A stretch of 64,000 nucleotides of DNA, taken from positions 3,168-67,167 of the forward strand of contig URYN01000009.1 in assembly GCA_900552135.1 (NCBI GenBank). Direction: 5' to 3'. Below, piece after piece: positions 1 to 8,754 of this stretch. The notes beneath the pieces are model-generated. The model did not search any database. It saw nothing but the letters and a program-made list of their open reading frames with translations, and had not been told where the DNA came from. Both the position numbers and the translations under genes were made by a program. Each line of letters begins with the position of its first letter. Position 1 is the stretch's first letter. The stretch is from an uncultured Clostridium sp. Its GTDB lineage: Bacteria; Bacillota; Clostridia; TANB77; CAG-508.

Positions 1-328
1 ACATAGATACAGCTGTACCAAATCCACAAACTACTATAAAAATTTTATACGCAACTATTAGGTTTGTTCCTACCAAATATAGTAAACACGGTAATAGCAC
101 AGAAATATTACCATAGAAAAATCCCATCGCATATCCAAATCCGTTGGTATCTGTATGAATGTAAGCAGGTATATTTCCTGTTTTCCAACTGTTTACTATT
201 CCCATTATTCTTGATAGATGGTATTCTGTGTCTACACCTTTATAAAGTATTTTGTCAAACACAAATAGTGATGACATAAGAACACTTAGAATAATAACAG
301 CTACAATTATTATATTTTCTTTTGTCAT
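1..328 (-). CDS. Partial (N-terminal part) polytopic membrane protein; the gene continues past the window start. Possibly a membrane glycosyltransferase partner of the adjacent GT2.
   Basis: Minus-strand translation from ATG (plus 'cat' at 326-328) reads MTKENIIIVAVIILSVLMSSLFVFDKILYKGVDTEYHLSRIMGIVNSWKTGNIPAYIHTDTNGFGYAMGFFYGN..., hydrophobic and polytopic. Not in the ORF track because it is truncated by the window edge. Confidence 0.4.
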   Translation of the reverse strand, partial: MTKENIIIVAVIILSVLMSSLFVFDKILYKGVDTEYHLSRIMGIVNSWKTGNIPAYIHTDTNGFGYAMGFFYGNISVLLPCLLYLVGTNLIVAYKIFIVVCGFGTAVSM

Positions 329-493
329 ATATTTTTTCACTTTTGTTTTCATCTCCCTTTTGTTGTAATTAATTTTCAATAACATTGTCTATTTATGATC
401 TCATTTTTATTTTTATCTGAACCTTCGTTATTTTTTTATTATATATGAATTATATTCTAAGTAAATATTTTTATATACTGGATAATTTAACAT

Positions 494-1330
494 CTATTTT
501 ACATTATACATTCCTAATTTTTCTTCCATTAGACTTTTTATTAACAAATAAATTCCTTTTATTTTTCCTACTTTTGTTGAATATTTCTTTCCATCAGGAT
601 AGGCTCTTGTTACTGGTATTTCCAGAGTTTTTAATCCAAGTTGATCTGCTCTTGTTGATAAATATGTAGAAATCTCATATGATTTGAATATTGGTCTAAA
701 AGGTTTTACTTTTTCGTGCATTAAGTACTTTCTTGAATATCCCCTAAACAAGTTGGTTGTGTCTGTATATTTTTTCTTACAAATACTAGATATCATTTGA
801 GCATGAATGTATTTTATTGCAAACTCTCTTGATTTAGGAGTATTTATAGCTTGTCCTCCATCTATAAATCTAGAGCCCTGTATGTAATCATATCCTTCCT
901 CTAGTTTTTCTACAAATTTCTTAACATCTTCTATACTGTCTTTATTATTACCGTCTATTGTAATTATTCCTTTATAACCACATTCTAAAGCATAGTGGAA
1001 GCCTGCAATCAAAGCCTTTGATTGAGTATACTTTCTTTTTTCTTCCATTTCTATTAGAGTATTTATTCTATATTTTTTTAGATTTTCTGGCGATATTGAA
1101 TCATCAGTCGTTCCACTATCTATTAATATTATATCTGCAATGTCTGTAACTCCATTATCAATAGCTCTTTGAAGTTCTTTTTTTAATCTTTCTCCTTCAT
1201 TTATTATTGGAATGCAAATACAATAATTGTTTTCTTTTTCTCTTAGCTTATGTATTTCATTTTTTGGTATTATTTCTATATTTTCCTCTTTTATTTTCTT
1301 ACTTTTCATATTTTTTCCCTTTATATTCAT
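494..1330 (-). CDS. Family 2 glycosyltransferase (polyprenol-phosphate sugar synthase-like, DPM1/GtrB type)
   Basis: 278 aa. IILIDSGTTDDS motif typical of GT2, followed by NTLIEMEEKRKYTQSKALIAGFHYA. Size and layout fit Dpm1/GtrB-like enzymes. Confidence 0.7.
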   Translation of the reverse strand: MNIKGKNMKSKKIKEENIEIIPKNEIHKLREKENNYCICIPIINEGERLKKELQRAIDNGVTDIADIILIDSGTTDDSISPENLKKYRINTLIEMEEKRKYTQSKALIAGFHYALECGYKGIITIDGNNKDSIEDVKKFVEKLEEGYDYIQGSRFIDGGQAINTPKSREFAIKYIHAQMISSICKKKYTDTTNLFRGYSRKYLMHEKVKPFRPIFKSYEISTYLSTRADQLGLKTLEIPVTRAYPDGKKYSTKVGKIKGIYLLIKSLMEEKLGMYNVK

Positions 1331-1369
1331 AAAAATTGCCGTCCATAATAGTTATGTCGGCAATTTTTT
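1331..1369 (-). terminator. Rho-independent terminator hairpin downstream of xerD (AAAAATTGCCG...CGGCAATTTTT)
   Basis: Perfect 11-bp inverted repeat flanked by A/T runs in the xerD-GT2 intergenic region. Confidence 0.5.
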
Positions 1370-1442
1370 GTCAGTATATTAAATTATTCTATTTTCTACT
1401 TAGCAGCCAATAATATTGAATTTCAAGTTATTAGTCTATTTT

Positions 1443-2324
1443 TTAAGCTCTTGGATGAGCCTTTTTATATTCGTTTTTTATTCCGGGATCTTGGAATTGC
1501 ATATAAACTTGTGTTGAAGATATATCTGAATGTCCTAGCATTGTTTGTATTGCTTTTAAATCAGCTCCATTTTGCAATAAATGTGTTGCAAATGAATGTC
1601 TTAATACGTGTGGTGTAATATCTTTTTCTATATGAGCTTGTTCTTTGTAATATTTGACTATTTTCCAGAAACCCTGTCGTGTTAATCTTGTTCCATTTAC
1701 ATTTACAAATAAAGCATCTTCTTCTTCGTTTCTAATTAAATATGGTCTAGCATCATCCATGTATTCTTTTAATGCTTTTAAAGACATTGATCCAAGTGGT
1801 ATGTTTCTAGATTTGCTTCTTCCTCTGCAAACTACATATCCTTCGTCAAGTTTTACATCATCTAGATTAAGAGAAATCATTTCTGTTACTCTCATTCCAG
1901 TTGCATAGGCAAATTCAAGCATTGCCTTATCTCTTGTTCCTTTTAAATCAACATCCTTTGGTTGATCTAGTAATAGTTCAACTTCTTTGGAAGTTAATAT
2001 GTTTGGAACTCTTTTTATTATTTTAGGTGATTCAATTGTAACTGTAGGATCTTTTTTTATTTTCTTTACTCTAATTAAGTATTGGTAGAAAGATCTAATT
2101 GAAGCTAAGCTTCTTGATATAGTAGATTCTTTTTTGTTTTCTTCTCTTAAATAATCCATATAGTCTATTATTGTTTCTTGAGTTGCTTTTAAATAGTTTA
2201 TTTTGTTCTCTGATACGTATTTTTCATATTGTTCTATATCTCTTCTGTATGATTGTAATGTGTTATCTGATAACCTTTTGTCATCTTTAAGAAAATCTAA
2301 AAAAAGTTTAACTTGCTTTTCCAT
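1443..2324 (-). CDS. xerD: Tyrosine site-specific recombinase XerD/XerC family
   Basis: 293 aa. C-terminal LRHSFATHLLQNGADLKAIQTMLGHSDISSTQVYMQ carries the catalytic R-H-R-Y tyrosine-recombinase signature. N-terminal core-binding domain present. Adjacent to spoIIM as in Bacillus (ripX-fur-spoIIM). Confidence 0.8.
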   Translation of the reverse strand: MEKQVKLFLDFLKDDKRLSDNTLQSYRRDIEQYEKYVSENKINYLKATQETIIDYMDYLREENKKESTISRSLASIRSFYQYLIRVKKIKKDPTVTIESPKIIKRVPNILTSKEVELLLDQPKDVDLKGTRDKAMLEFAYATGMRVTEMISLNLDDVKLDEGYVVCRGRSKSRNIPLGSMSLKALKEYMDDARPYLIRNEEEDALFVNVNGTRLTRQGFWKIVKYYKEQAHIEKDITPHVLRHSFATHLLQNGADLKAIQTMLGHSDISSTQVYMQFQDPGIKNEYKKAHPRA

Positions 2325-2459
2325 TTGAACTCCCCTATTCTATATTTTTTATCAATAAGTAATGTTTTGTATCAATTTACATAACTTATGTATTGTTATA
2401 TCAAAATATTGCAAAATTGTAAATAGATTTTTCTAAATTTCTACAAATATTTAAATTTT

Positions 2460-3110
2460 TTAACAATATTTCAAAAGCATGGAAGATATACCTCCTGATA
2501 TGTACGCCTCTATGAATGAATTTAGTATTAGTATCACTAACATAAAAACGGAAAATATTGTATGTTTTAGTATTTGTGTTTTTATGTTTTCTCTTCTTCT
2601 GTCTTCCATTATTTTTTTGTACAGCTTTACGCTACTGGTTGCAAGTGCTATTATAATTGGAATATAAATTATGTTTTGCAATAGCATGGTTGAAGCAATA
2701 AACAATGTTCCTTTTGCTCCTCCAAGTGTTGCAATTATGGATGCTGCTGTAAATCCAATGCAATACCCTTTGTAACCAATAAATAGATATATTAGTGGTA
2801 CTCCAATTAGTGTTAAACCTAAGAACCATAGAACTAAAGCTGTTATAAAATTTTTCATTATCGCGTTCCACAATAATTTTGTTGACGAAATTTGATAATT
2901 TTCTCTTATTCCATCTACGAAGTTTTGTATGTAACTTTTTATTTGGTTCTCTTGTGTTTCTTTGCAATTATTAACAAATATTACTCCAAGTAAAACTCCT
3001 ATAAAAAAAATTATTAATAGAATTAAACAAGTTTTAGAATTTGTTTGTATAAATTCTAATATGACATTGCTTATTCTATTTTTCTTTTGTTTCCTTGCGG
3101 TTCTATTCAT
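2460..3110 (-). CDS. spoIIM: Stage II sporulation protein M (SpoIIM), polytopic membrane protein
   Basis: Aligns to B. subtilis SpoIIM (FLGLTLIGVPLIYLFIGYKGYCIGFTAAS vs [29 protein letters not shown]; C-terminal IEAYISGG vs VEAYVSPW). True start taken as MNRTARKQ, which has an AGGAGG RBS 9 nt upstream. The ORF-track start at 3161 is an upstream extension. Confidence 0.65.
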   Translation of the reverse strand: MNRTARKQKKNRISNVILEFIQTNSKTCLILLIIFFIGVLLGVIFVNNCKETQENQIKSYIQNFVDGIRENYQISSTKLLWNAIMKNFITALVLWFLGLTLIGVPLIYLFIGYKGYCIGFTAASIIATLGGAKGTLFIASTMLLQNIIYIPIIIALATSSVKLYKKIMEDRRRENIKTQILKHTIFSVFMLVILILNSFIEAYISGGISSMLLKYC

Positions 3111-3253
3111 TATAACTTTCCTCCTAAGATTCAAAATAGACATCATATAATTCTTATACATAATGTCTATTCTATAATCTTAGAAATAGAACTTAGAATT
3201 ACCCAACATTCACTCAAAGTTTGTCAAATAGAGGTATCTCTATTTGATTAAAA

Positions 3254-4462
3254 TTATTGTTCACTCTTAGCCGGTGTTTCTACTTTTCCGTATTTTCCGC
3301 CACCACCTGCGTGTATTTGCAATTTTCCTTCTCTTGAAGCAATAACTGCATCTGCTACTTTTTCTCCAACAACAGCTTCTATATCATCTCTTGAAAGTTT
3401 GTGAAGAATAGTCATTTCTGTTCCGAAGTTTTCTAATAATTTATCTATCGTTTTTGCTCCTAATCCTGGTATGAAACTTAATGGAACTTGGTAAATATAT
3501 GGAGGTCTGTTCTTAGGGCTCTTGCTTTCTGCTTTATCTTTTATAAGTTCAATTCTGTCAAACACTCCAAATGTAACTTTCTTGCTTCCGCAGTAAGGGC
3601 AAACTTCAACTGGATATTTTGTTTCGATTACTTTATTGCAATCATCACAAAATGTTCTATGATATTTTCCAAGCTTTGGATCCAATCCATAGTTACAAAG
3701 TACTTTTCTTCCATCTTCATTCTTTAATGCCTTAACAATTTCTTTAAAGCTTATATCTGCTACTTGCATCTTGTTGTATTCCCTTGCAATTTTAGGAAGT
3801 GAATGTGCATCAGAGTTTGTAACAAAAGTTTTGTCTTCTAACTCTGTTATCATGTCTGCTAAATATGTATCTGCACTAAGTCCTAGCTCTATTGCAAATA
3901 TCTTATCAAATTTTTCCTTGAATATGTCCTTCATTCTGTCTACGCAATTTCCATAGTAGCTCTTAAACGGTGTAAAACAGTGTGCAGGAATTAGTATTCC
4001 ATTGTATTTTTCTACTATATCAATAAGCTCATATCCAGAAATGTCTGACCTTTGAGTGCTTAGTGTTATGTTTTTTATATGGTGGCTCATTTCTTCTGAG
4101 AATGCTTTTATATCTGATAAATGTGGAAAGAAACAAACATTATGTGCTGCTCCGCATTTTCCATTTCTGCTTACTTCTGATGTTTCTACTTCGCTTCCAA
4201 GTAATATACAAACTTTATCCTTGTAGATTATTCCTCCATCTTCAATCTCATAAGCGTCTCCTGTTTTTAAGAACTCTTCAATATCTTCTATAACATAAGG
4301 AGATGCACAATCTATTATTCCAACAACATTTATACCTTTTCTTTCAGCACATTCCTTTGCGATATTCTCAAAATTCAAGCTTCTAGCCGCTGTTATCTTT
4401 ATTGGTTTTCCATTTTTACTTCTTCCTATATGTACATGTAAATCTGCAAATATTTCTTCCAT
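3254..4462 (-). CDS. PHP-domain protein with C-terminal zinc ribbon, endonuclease Q-like (TIGR00375-like)
   Basis: 402 aa. N-terminal DLHVHIGRS PHP metal-binding motif. CxxC...CPYCGSKK zinc-finger region. C-terminal helix-hairpin-helix-like GLGAKTIDKLLENFGTEMTI. Confidence 0.5.
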   Translation of the reverse strand: MEEIFADLHVHIGRSKNGKPIKITAARSLNFENIAKECAERKGINVVGIIDCASPYVIEDIEEFLKTGDAYEIEDGGIIYKDKVCILLGSEVETSEVSRNGKCGAAHNVCFFPHLSDIKAFSEEMSHHIKNITLSTQRSDISGYELIDIVEKYNGILIPAHCFTPFKSYYGNCVDRMKDIFKEKFDKIFAIELGLSADTYLADMITELEDKTFVTNSDAHSLPKIAREYNKMQVADISFKEIVKALKNEDGRKVLCNYGLDPKLGKYHRTFCDDCNKVIETKYPVEVCPYCGSKKVTFGVFDRIELIKDKAESKSPKNRPPYIYQVPLSFIPGLGAKTIDKLLENFGTEMTILHKLSRDDIEAVVGEKVADAVIASREGKLQIHAGGGGKYGKVETPAKSEQ

Positions 4463-4666
4463 TTGTTACTCCTTTAATTTTGGATTTTTAATTTTTAATT
4501 ATCTATTGTTTTATTATGAATTAGATTTCATTCTTACCGTATTTACTATATATAAAATTTTTCAATTTTTTCTCCATCTTAAACCGTTCTTCATTAACTC
4601 GTTCTTCAAGTTTGCAAAGAAAATTTTCGCTAAGATAGGCAATAAATCCCATCTGGCGAAAATACT

Positions 4667-5041
4667 CTATCTATCCATGAACCAGCTTTCATAAGCTCTA
4701 TGAATATCTTGTCCATTTCCATTATCTTTTGCTTCAAAATCTTTTTCTTTATCCACAGCCTTTTCATCCATTTGATAATTTTCCACTCTACTTCTGTTGC
4801 TTGAAATTCTTTCGGGATTAACAACTTGCTCTAATGGAATTCCACTCGCTCTGTATTGCAAAATGCTGTGTATTTTTCTCATGTCTCTAATATATGGAGC
4901 TGTATTTTCTTGGCTTACAGCATGCGAAATATATGCCTCTCCTCTTGTTCTTCTAACATAATTATTAGCTTCTTTTACAGCTTGTGTTATTATGCCTGTT
5001 GTATTTGGAATTATAATATCTTTATTATTAGCTAAACTCAT
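4667..5041 (-). CDS. Hypothetical protein (124 aa), translationally coupled to the upstream ORF
   Basis: ORF with ATGA overlap to 5038..5586. No recognisable motif. Confidence 0.3.
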   Translation of the reverse strand: MSLANNKDIIIPNTTGIITQAVKEANNYVRRTRGEAYISHAVSQENTAPYIRDMRKIHSILQYRASGIPLEQVVNPERISSNRSRVENYQMDEKAVDKEKDFEAKDNGNGQDIHRAYESWFMDR

Positions 5042-5586
5042 ATCTTTATAGCCTCCATTCTATTTACAAAGTCTTTAAATACTTGTAAATATCTATTATC
5101 TTTTCCCTTCAAGTTTCTGTACTCAAGTAAGACTAAAGCTTCATCAACTTTCATACCAATTCTTTCAGGCCTGTCCAAAAGCATACCACCAAACTGGTCT
5201 ATTAATTCTAGAACATCTGCTTCAGGCTCTCTAGGTTCTGACCCACTATATCTGTTAATCTGCTCACATATTCTACAAAATTTTCTGTCAAATCCAAGTG
5301 TTTGTAGATATTCAGCGCCCTCTTTTGCATACGTTCTTACCTTATTCATATCTGTAAAATTATCAATCTTTTTACAGTTGCAAAGTAAACATGCAGTTAT
5401 AAGCATGTTATTATCAAAATTAAGATTTGGCGTATTATCAAGAAAAAGTTTTAAAAGCTCTGTTTTAAAAACCACTGAATTATCAAAAAAGATGTTACCT
5501 CTCTTATTTAAATAATACATGATTTCCATTTTTCTAATCCAGTCTTTTTCAGATAATATGTATTCTGCAAAAGTTTGACTCTCCAT
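5038..5586 (-). CDS. Hypothetical protein (182 aa)
   Basis: ORF only. Cys-rich segment CLLCNCKK...CRICEQ. Confidence 0.3.
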   Translation of the reverse strand: MESQTFAEYILSEKDWIRKMEIMYYLNKRGNIFFDNSVVFKTELLKLFLDNTPNLNFDNNMLITACLLCNCKKIDNFTDMNKVRTYAKEGAEYLQTLGFDRKFCRICEQINRYSGSEPREPEADVLELIDQFGGMLLDRPERIGMKVDEALVLLEYRNLKGKDNRYLQVFKDFVNRMEAIKI

Positions 5587-5771
5587 AGCAAGGTCCCCCT
5601 TATCTTTTCTACTGTTCTTTCAAGCTAATTATATTCTATTAATAGAGTAATTTCAATTAAGTTACACAAATGTAATCTTATTGTAATATTTTAGCAATAT
5701 TTTCCGTCTTTTTACTCTTCTCATTGCATATTTTTTTATTTCCCGGCACGCAATTCTTCTTTATTATTTGA

Positions 5772-6401
5772 TTATTCGTTAAACGATTTTTCAATCTTTT
5801 TTACTATGTTACATATTGCCTTTTGAGTTATTTCATTTTCTATTGTGTTATTCTCTATTATATAGTCACAATTATTTCTATAATATTCGTCATCTGGTTG
5901 GCTATTTAATCTTAGTTCTGCTTCTTCTACCGTTATATTATCTCTTTTGCAAATTCTTTCAAGTTTTTTCTCTTTTTTGGCAATTACACCAACAGTAATG
6001 GTACATTCTTGATTTAACCCACTCTCAAAAAGCAGAGGAACATCAATCACTATTATTACCATTCCTTGTTCCCTATACGATTTTATTTGTTCTTTTATGT
6101 TTGCAACTACATACTTTTGAGTAATTCTGTCAAGCTTTTCCTTTTCTTGATTATTGCTGAAAACTATTTTTGCTAGCTTTTTTCTGTTCAATTTTCCTTC
6201 TTCCAGTATATCTTCTCCAAATTCACGAATAATAGATTTCATATATTCAGATTCAGAATTTTGCATACTTTTTGCAACTTGATCTGCATCAATAATTTCT
6301 GCTTTTATATTTTGTTCTAAATAATATTTTTTTATAAATTCCGAAACATAAGATTTTCCGCTTCCAGAATTTCCTGTTATTCCTATAATCTTCACTGGCA
6401 T
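5772..6401 (-). CDS. coaE: Dephospho-CoA kinase
   Basis: IIGITGNSGSGKS P-loop at the N-terminus, ~200 aa, typical CoaE. Confidence 0.85.
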   Translation of the reverse strand: MPVKIIGITGNSGSGKSYVSEFIKKYYLEQNIKAEIIDADQVAKSMQNSESEYMKSIIREFGEDILEEGKLNRKKLAKIVFSNNQEKEKLDRITQKYVVANIKEQIKSYREQGMVIIVIDVPLLFESGLNQECTITVGVIAKKEKKLERICKRDNITVEEAELRLNSQPDDEYYRNNCDYIIENNTIENEITQKAICNIVKKIEKSFNE

Positions 6402-6622
6402 TTCTCGTATAGATTTTTAAAGCTCCACCTTAGTATTTATATTAGGGCTGATTTACTTATTAATAACTTCTACACGAATTCTCCTTACATAAATTTAGGT
6501 TTTAAAGTTTCCTATAAACTGTGTTTTCTGTACCTGCTATTTTTTAGAATTATAATCAACAAAGTTTTTTATTATAATTATTTTTTGCCCACCAATTCGT
6601 TAATGTATACTCAATAACTCTT

Positions 6623-7867
6623 TTAATTTGTAATTATCATATTGTTTGTAAAGTCTAGTCCTGTTTTAGAATTTTCCTTATGTGCTAGTGTGTAAACATC
6701 TGTTGCAAATATATCTAATTGTAGCATCTTCATTAAATCTTTATTGCCACCTTTTGCATTCTGGTCAATAAATTTCTTTACAGAAGTTATCATCTTTATT
6801 TTTGGATTTCTTCTAGATATTTCAGATAATAACATCTTTCCATTTTGATTAAATCCTAGAACTCTTGCATAAGGTATTATCTTCTTTGAAGTCTCCATAG
6901 TTTTCTTATCTATTCCCAATAAAGCATATAATAAAATTCTTTGTATTCTAGTCTGAGTGTATCTTTTTGTTTTTACCAGACTCATGAACTCTTTTAAAGT
7001 GCTTGCATTGCTTGCCGCAGATTTTATAGCATTTTCCAAACCTTCACTAACATCTGGTAGCTCCGCAATTTGCTCTGGGCTCATTTTTCTTAATTGGAAC
7101 AAGATTTCTTTCTCATATTCTTCAATAGAAAGAACTATATGAGATTTGTTCATCTCGTTGCCCAGTATCTGATAAGTGCTTCTTGGTATTACCTTGCTTA
7201 AATCTTTATACTCTTTTCTCTGGAGCATACTTCTTATAGCAGTTGCACTTGCAAAATCATCGACAATTCTATTGTCATTATAATATACTTTTTTTCTTTC
7301 TATTATAATGGGCTCCATTGGACTTCTTTGCTTCTTTAAAGCCTTCAAATATTCTACAGCCAAAATGTTATTAGGGCTATTCAAAATATTAGCATATCTT
7401 TTAATATCATTAAGATACATCATCGCAGCATTTTGTCTTGCAGAAGGATATGAAATTCCACTTTTTAGTTCATGTGTTAAAATATTGGTATAAGCTCTTG
7501 GTTCTTCATATAGAACATTTGCAATATTATTCAAAGCTCCAAAGTCATTCGTTTCGGCACCAAATGAAACACTATCAACTATTTTTAAGCTATCAAGAAG
7601 CTTTATTCCTCCACTCGCAAAATTTTCAGCACTCGAAATGCTGTATATGGTTGGAAGTTCAAGAACTAAATCGGCTCCTCCACAAATAGCCATATATGCC
7701 TTAGCCCATTTATCTACAATAGAGGTATCTCCTCTTTGAGTAAAATTACCTGAAATTACAGCAACACAAAAATCAGCATCAGCATTCTGCTTTGCCTGTT
7801 GCAAATGATAATAATGACCATTATGGAATGGGTTATATTCTGCTATTATTCCAACAACTTTACTCAT
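6623..7867 (-). CDS. tmcAL: tRNA(Met) cytidine acetate ligase (TmcAL/YlbM, UPF0348 nucleotidyltransferase)
   Basis: MSKVVGIIAEYNPFHNGHYYHLQQAK HxGH nucleotidyltransferase start and ~414 aa length match the TmcAL family. Confidence 0.75.
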   Translation of the reverse strand: MSKVVGIIAEYNPFHNGHYYHLQQAKQNADADFCVAVISGNFTQRGDTSIVDKWAKAYMAICGGADLVLELPTIYSISSAENFASGGIKLLDSLKIVDSVSFGAETNDFGALNNIANVLYEEPRAYTNILTHELKSGISYPSARQNAAMMYLNDIKRYANILNSPNNILAVEYLKALKKQRSPMEPIIIERKKVYYNDNRIVDDFASATAIRSMLQRKEYKDLSKVIPRSTYQILGNEMNKSHIVLSIEEYEKEILFQLRKMSPEQIAELPDVSEGLENAIKSAASNASTLKEFMSLVKTKRYTQTRIQRILLYALLGIDKKTMETSKKIIPYARVLGFNQNGKMLLSEISRRNPKIKMITSVKKFIDQNAKGGNKDLMKMLQLDIFATDVYTLAHKENSKTGLDFTNNMIITN

Positions 7868-8215
7868 GTTGTGCCTCCTTTAATTTTTTCTAGGTAGAAT
7901 TCATTTTTCTATTTTATATATTAATTGTAAAACGTGATTTTACATTATGTATAATATCACAAAACAGATTTATTTACAATATAAAAATAGTAGTACTTCG
8001 TGAAGTGTTTGTTCAATTTTTTATATTTCATAATATTGCATCTATTGGGGTTTATTGGTATAATATCATTGATTTTAATAAGTAGATTTTTATTTTTGAA
8101 TTTCAAAATTTAAATTTTAATATTCAAAATTCTATTTAAATAGTGAATTTTATAACTGGTTCATGGGTATTTCCAAGTTCAAAAGCCCAAATAAATTATA
8201 TAAGGAATTAAATTT

Positions 8216-8656
8216 ATGGAAGAGATTACAATTTATACTGATGGTGCATGTTCTGGTAATCCTGGTCCTGGCGGATGGGGTGCTATTTTAATGATGGGAG
8301 ATGTTCGTAAAGAAATATCTGGTGGTTCTGAGAATACTACTAATAATATAATGGAGTTGTCTGCTGTTATTGAGGCTTTGAAACTTTTGAAAAGACCTTG
8401 TAAAGTAAATGTTTTCAGCGATAGTGCTTATGTTGTAAATGCTTTCAACCAAAAATGGATTTATGGTTGGATAAAGAAAAATTGGAGAACTGCTGGTGGC
8501 GATTCTGTTAAAAATAAAGAACTTTGGCAAGAATTATATTCTCTTACTAAAGTTCATGATGTTACTTTCAATAAAGTTAAAGGGCATGCAGATAATGAAT
8601 TCAATAATAGATGTGATGAAATGGCTGTTGCAGAAAGTAAAAAATTTATTCGTTAA
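8216..8656 (+). CDS. rnhA: Ribonuclease HI
   Basis: MEEITIYTDGACSGNPGPGGWGAIL... with catalytic D/E/D residues. 146 aa. Confidence 0.85.
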   Translation: MEEITIYTDGACSGNPGPGGWGAILMMGDVRKEISGGSENTTNNIMELSAVIEALKLLKRPCKVNVFSDSAYVVNAFNQKWIYGWIKKNWRTAGGDSVKNKELWQELYSLTKVHDVTFNKVKGHADNEFNNRCDEMAVAESKKFIR

Positions 8657-8668
8657 AATATAGATATC

Positions 8669-8714
8669 AAAATCGCTCAAATAAGATTTCTTATTTAGAG
8701 CGATTTTATTTTCT
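8669..8714. terminator. Bidirectional intrinsic terminator between convergent rnhA and the YfhO-family gene
   Basis: AAAATCGCTC-N19-GAGCGATTTT hairpin followed by a T-run. Confidence 0.55.
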
Positions 8715-8754
8715 AGTATTATTAAAATTTGTTTATGTATTAATTTTGTAATTT

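Noticed and set aside
64-279. 71-aa plus-strand ORF at the window start
   Set aside because: Lies antisense to the partial membrane-protein gene (1..328, minus), which has a much more protein-like translation.
2460-3161. ORF-track N-terminal extensions (spoIIM 3161, GT4 18289, DUF4912 18459, rhodanese 23017, yajC 26877, queA 30774, clpP 34187, ychF 53099, rqcH 55881, fucO 12825)
   Set aside because: In each case an internal ATG preceded by a clear Shine-Dalgarno (AGGAGG/GGAGG-like) matches the canonical protein N-terminus. The longer frames start at non-ATG codons or lack an RBS.
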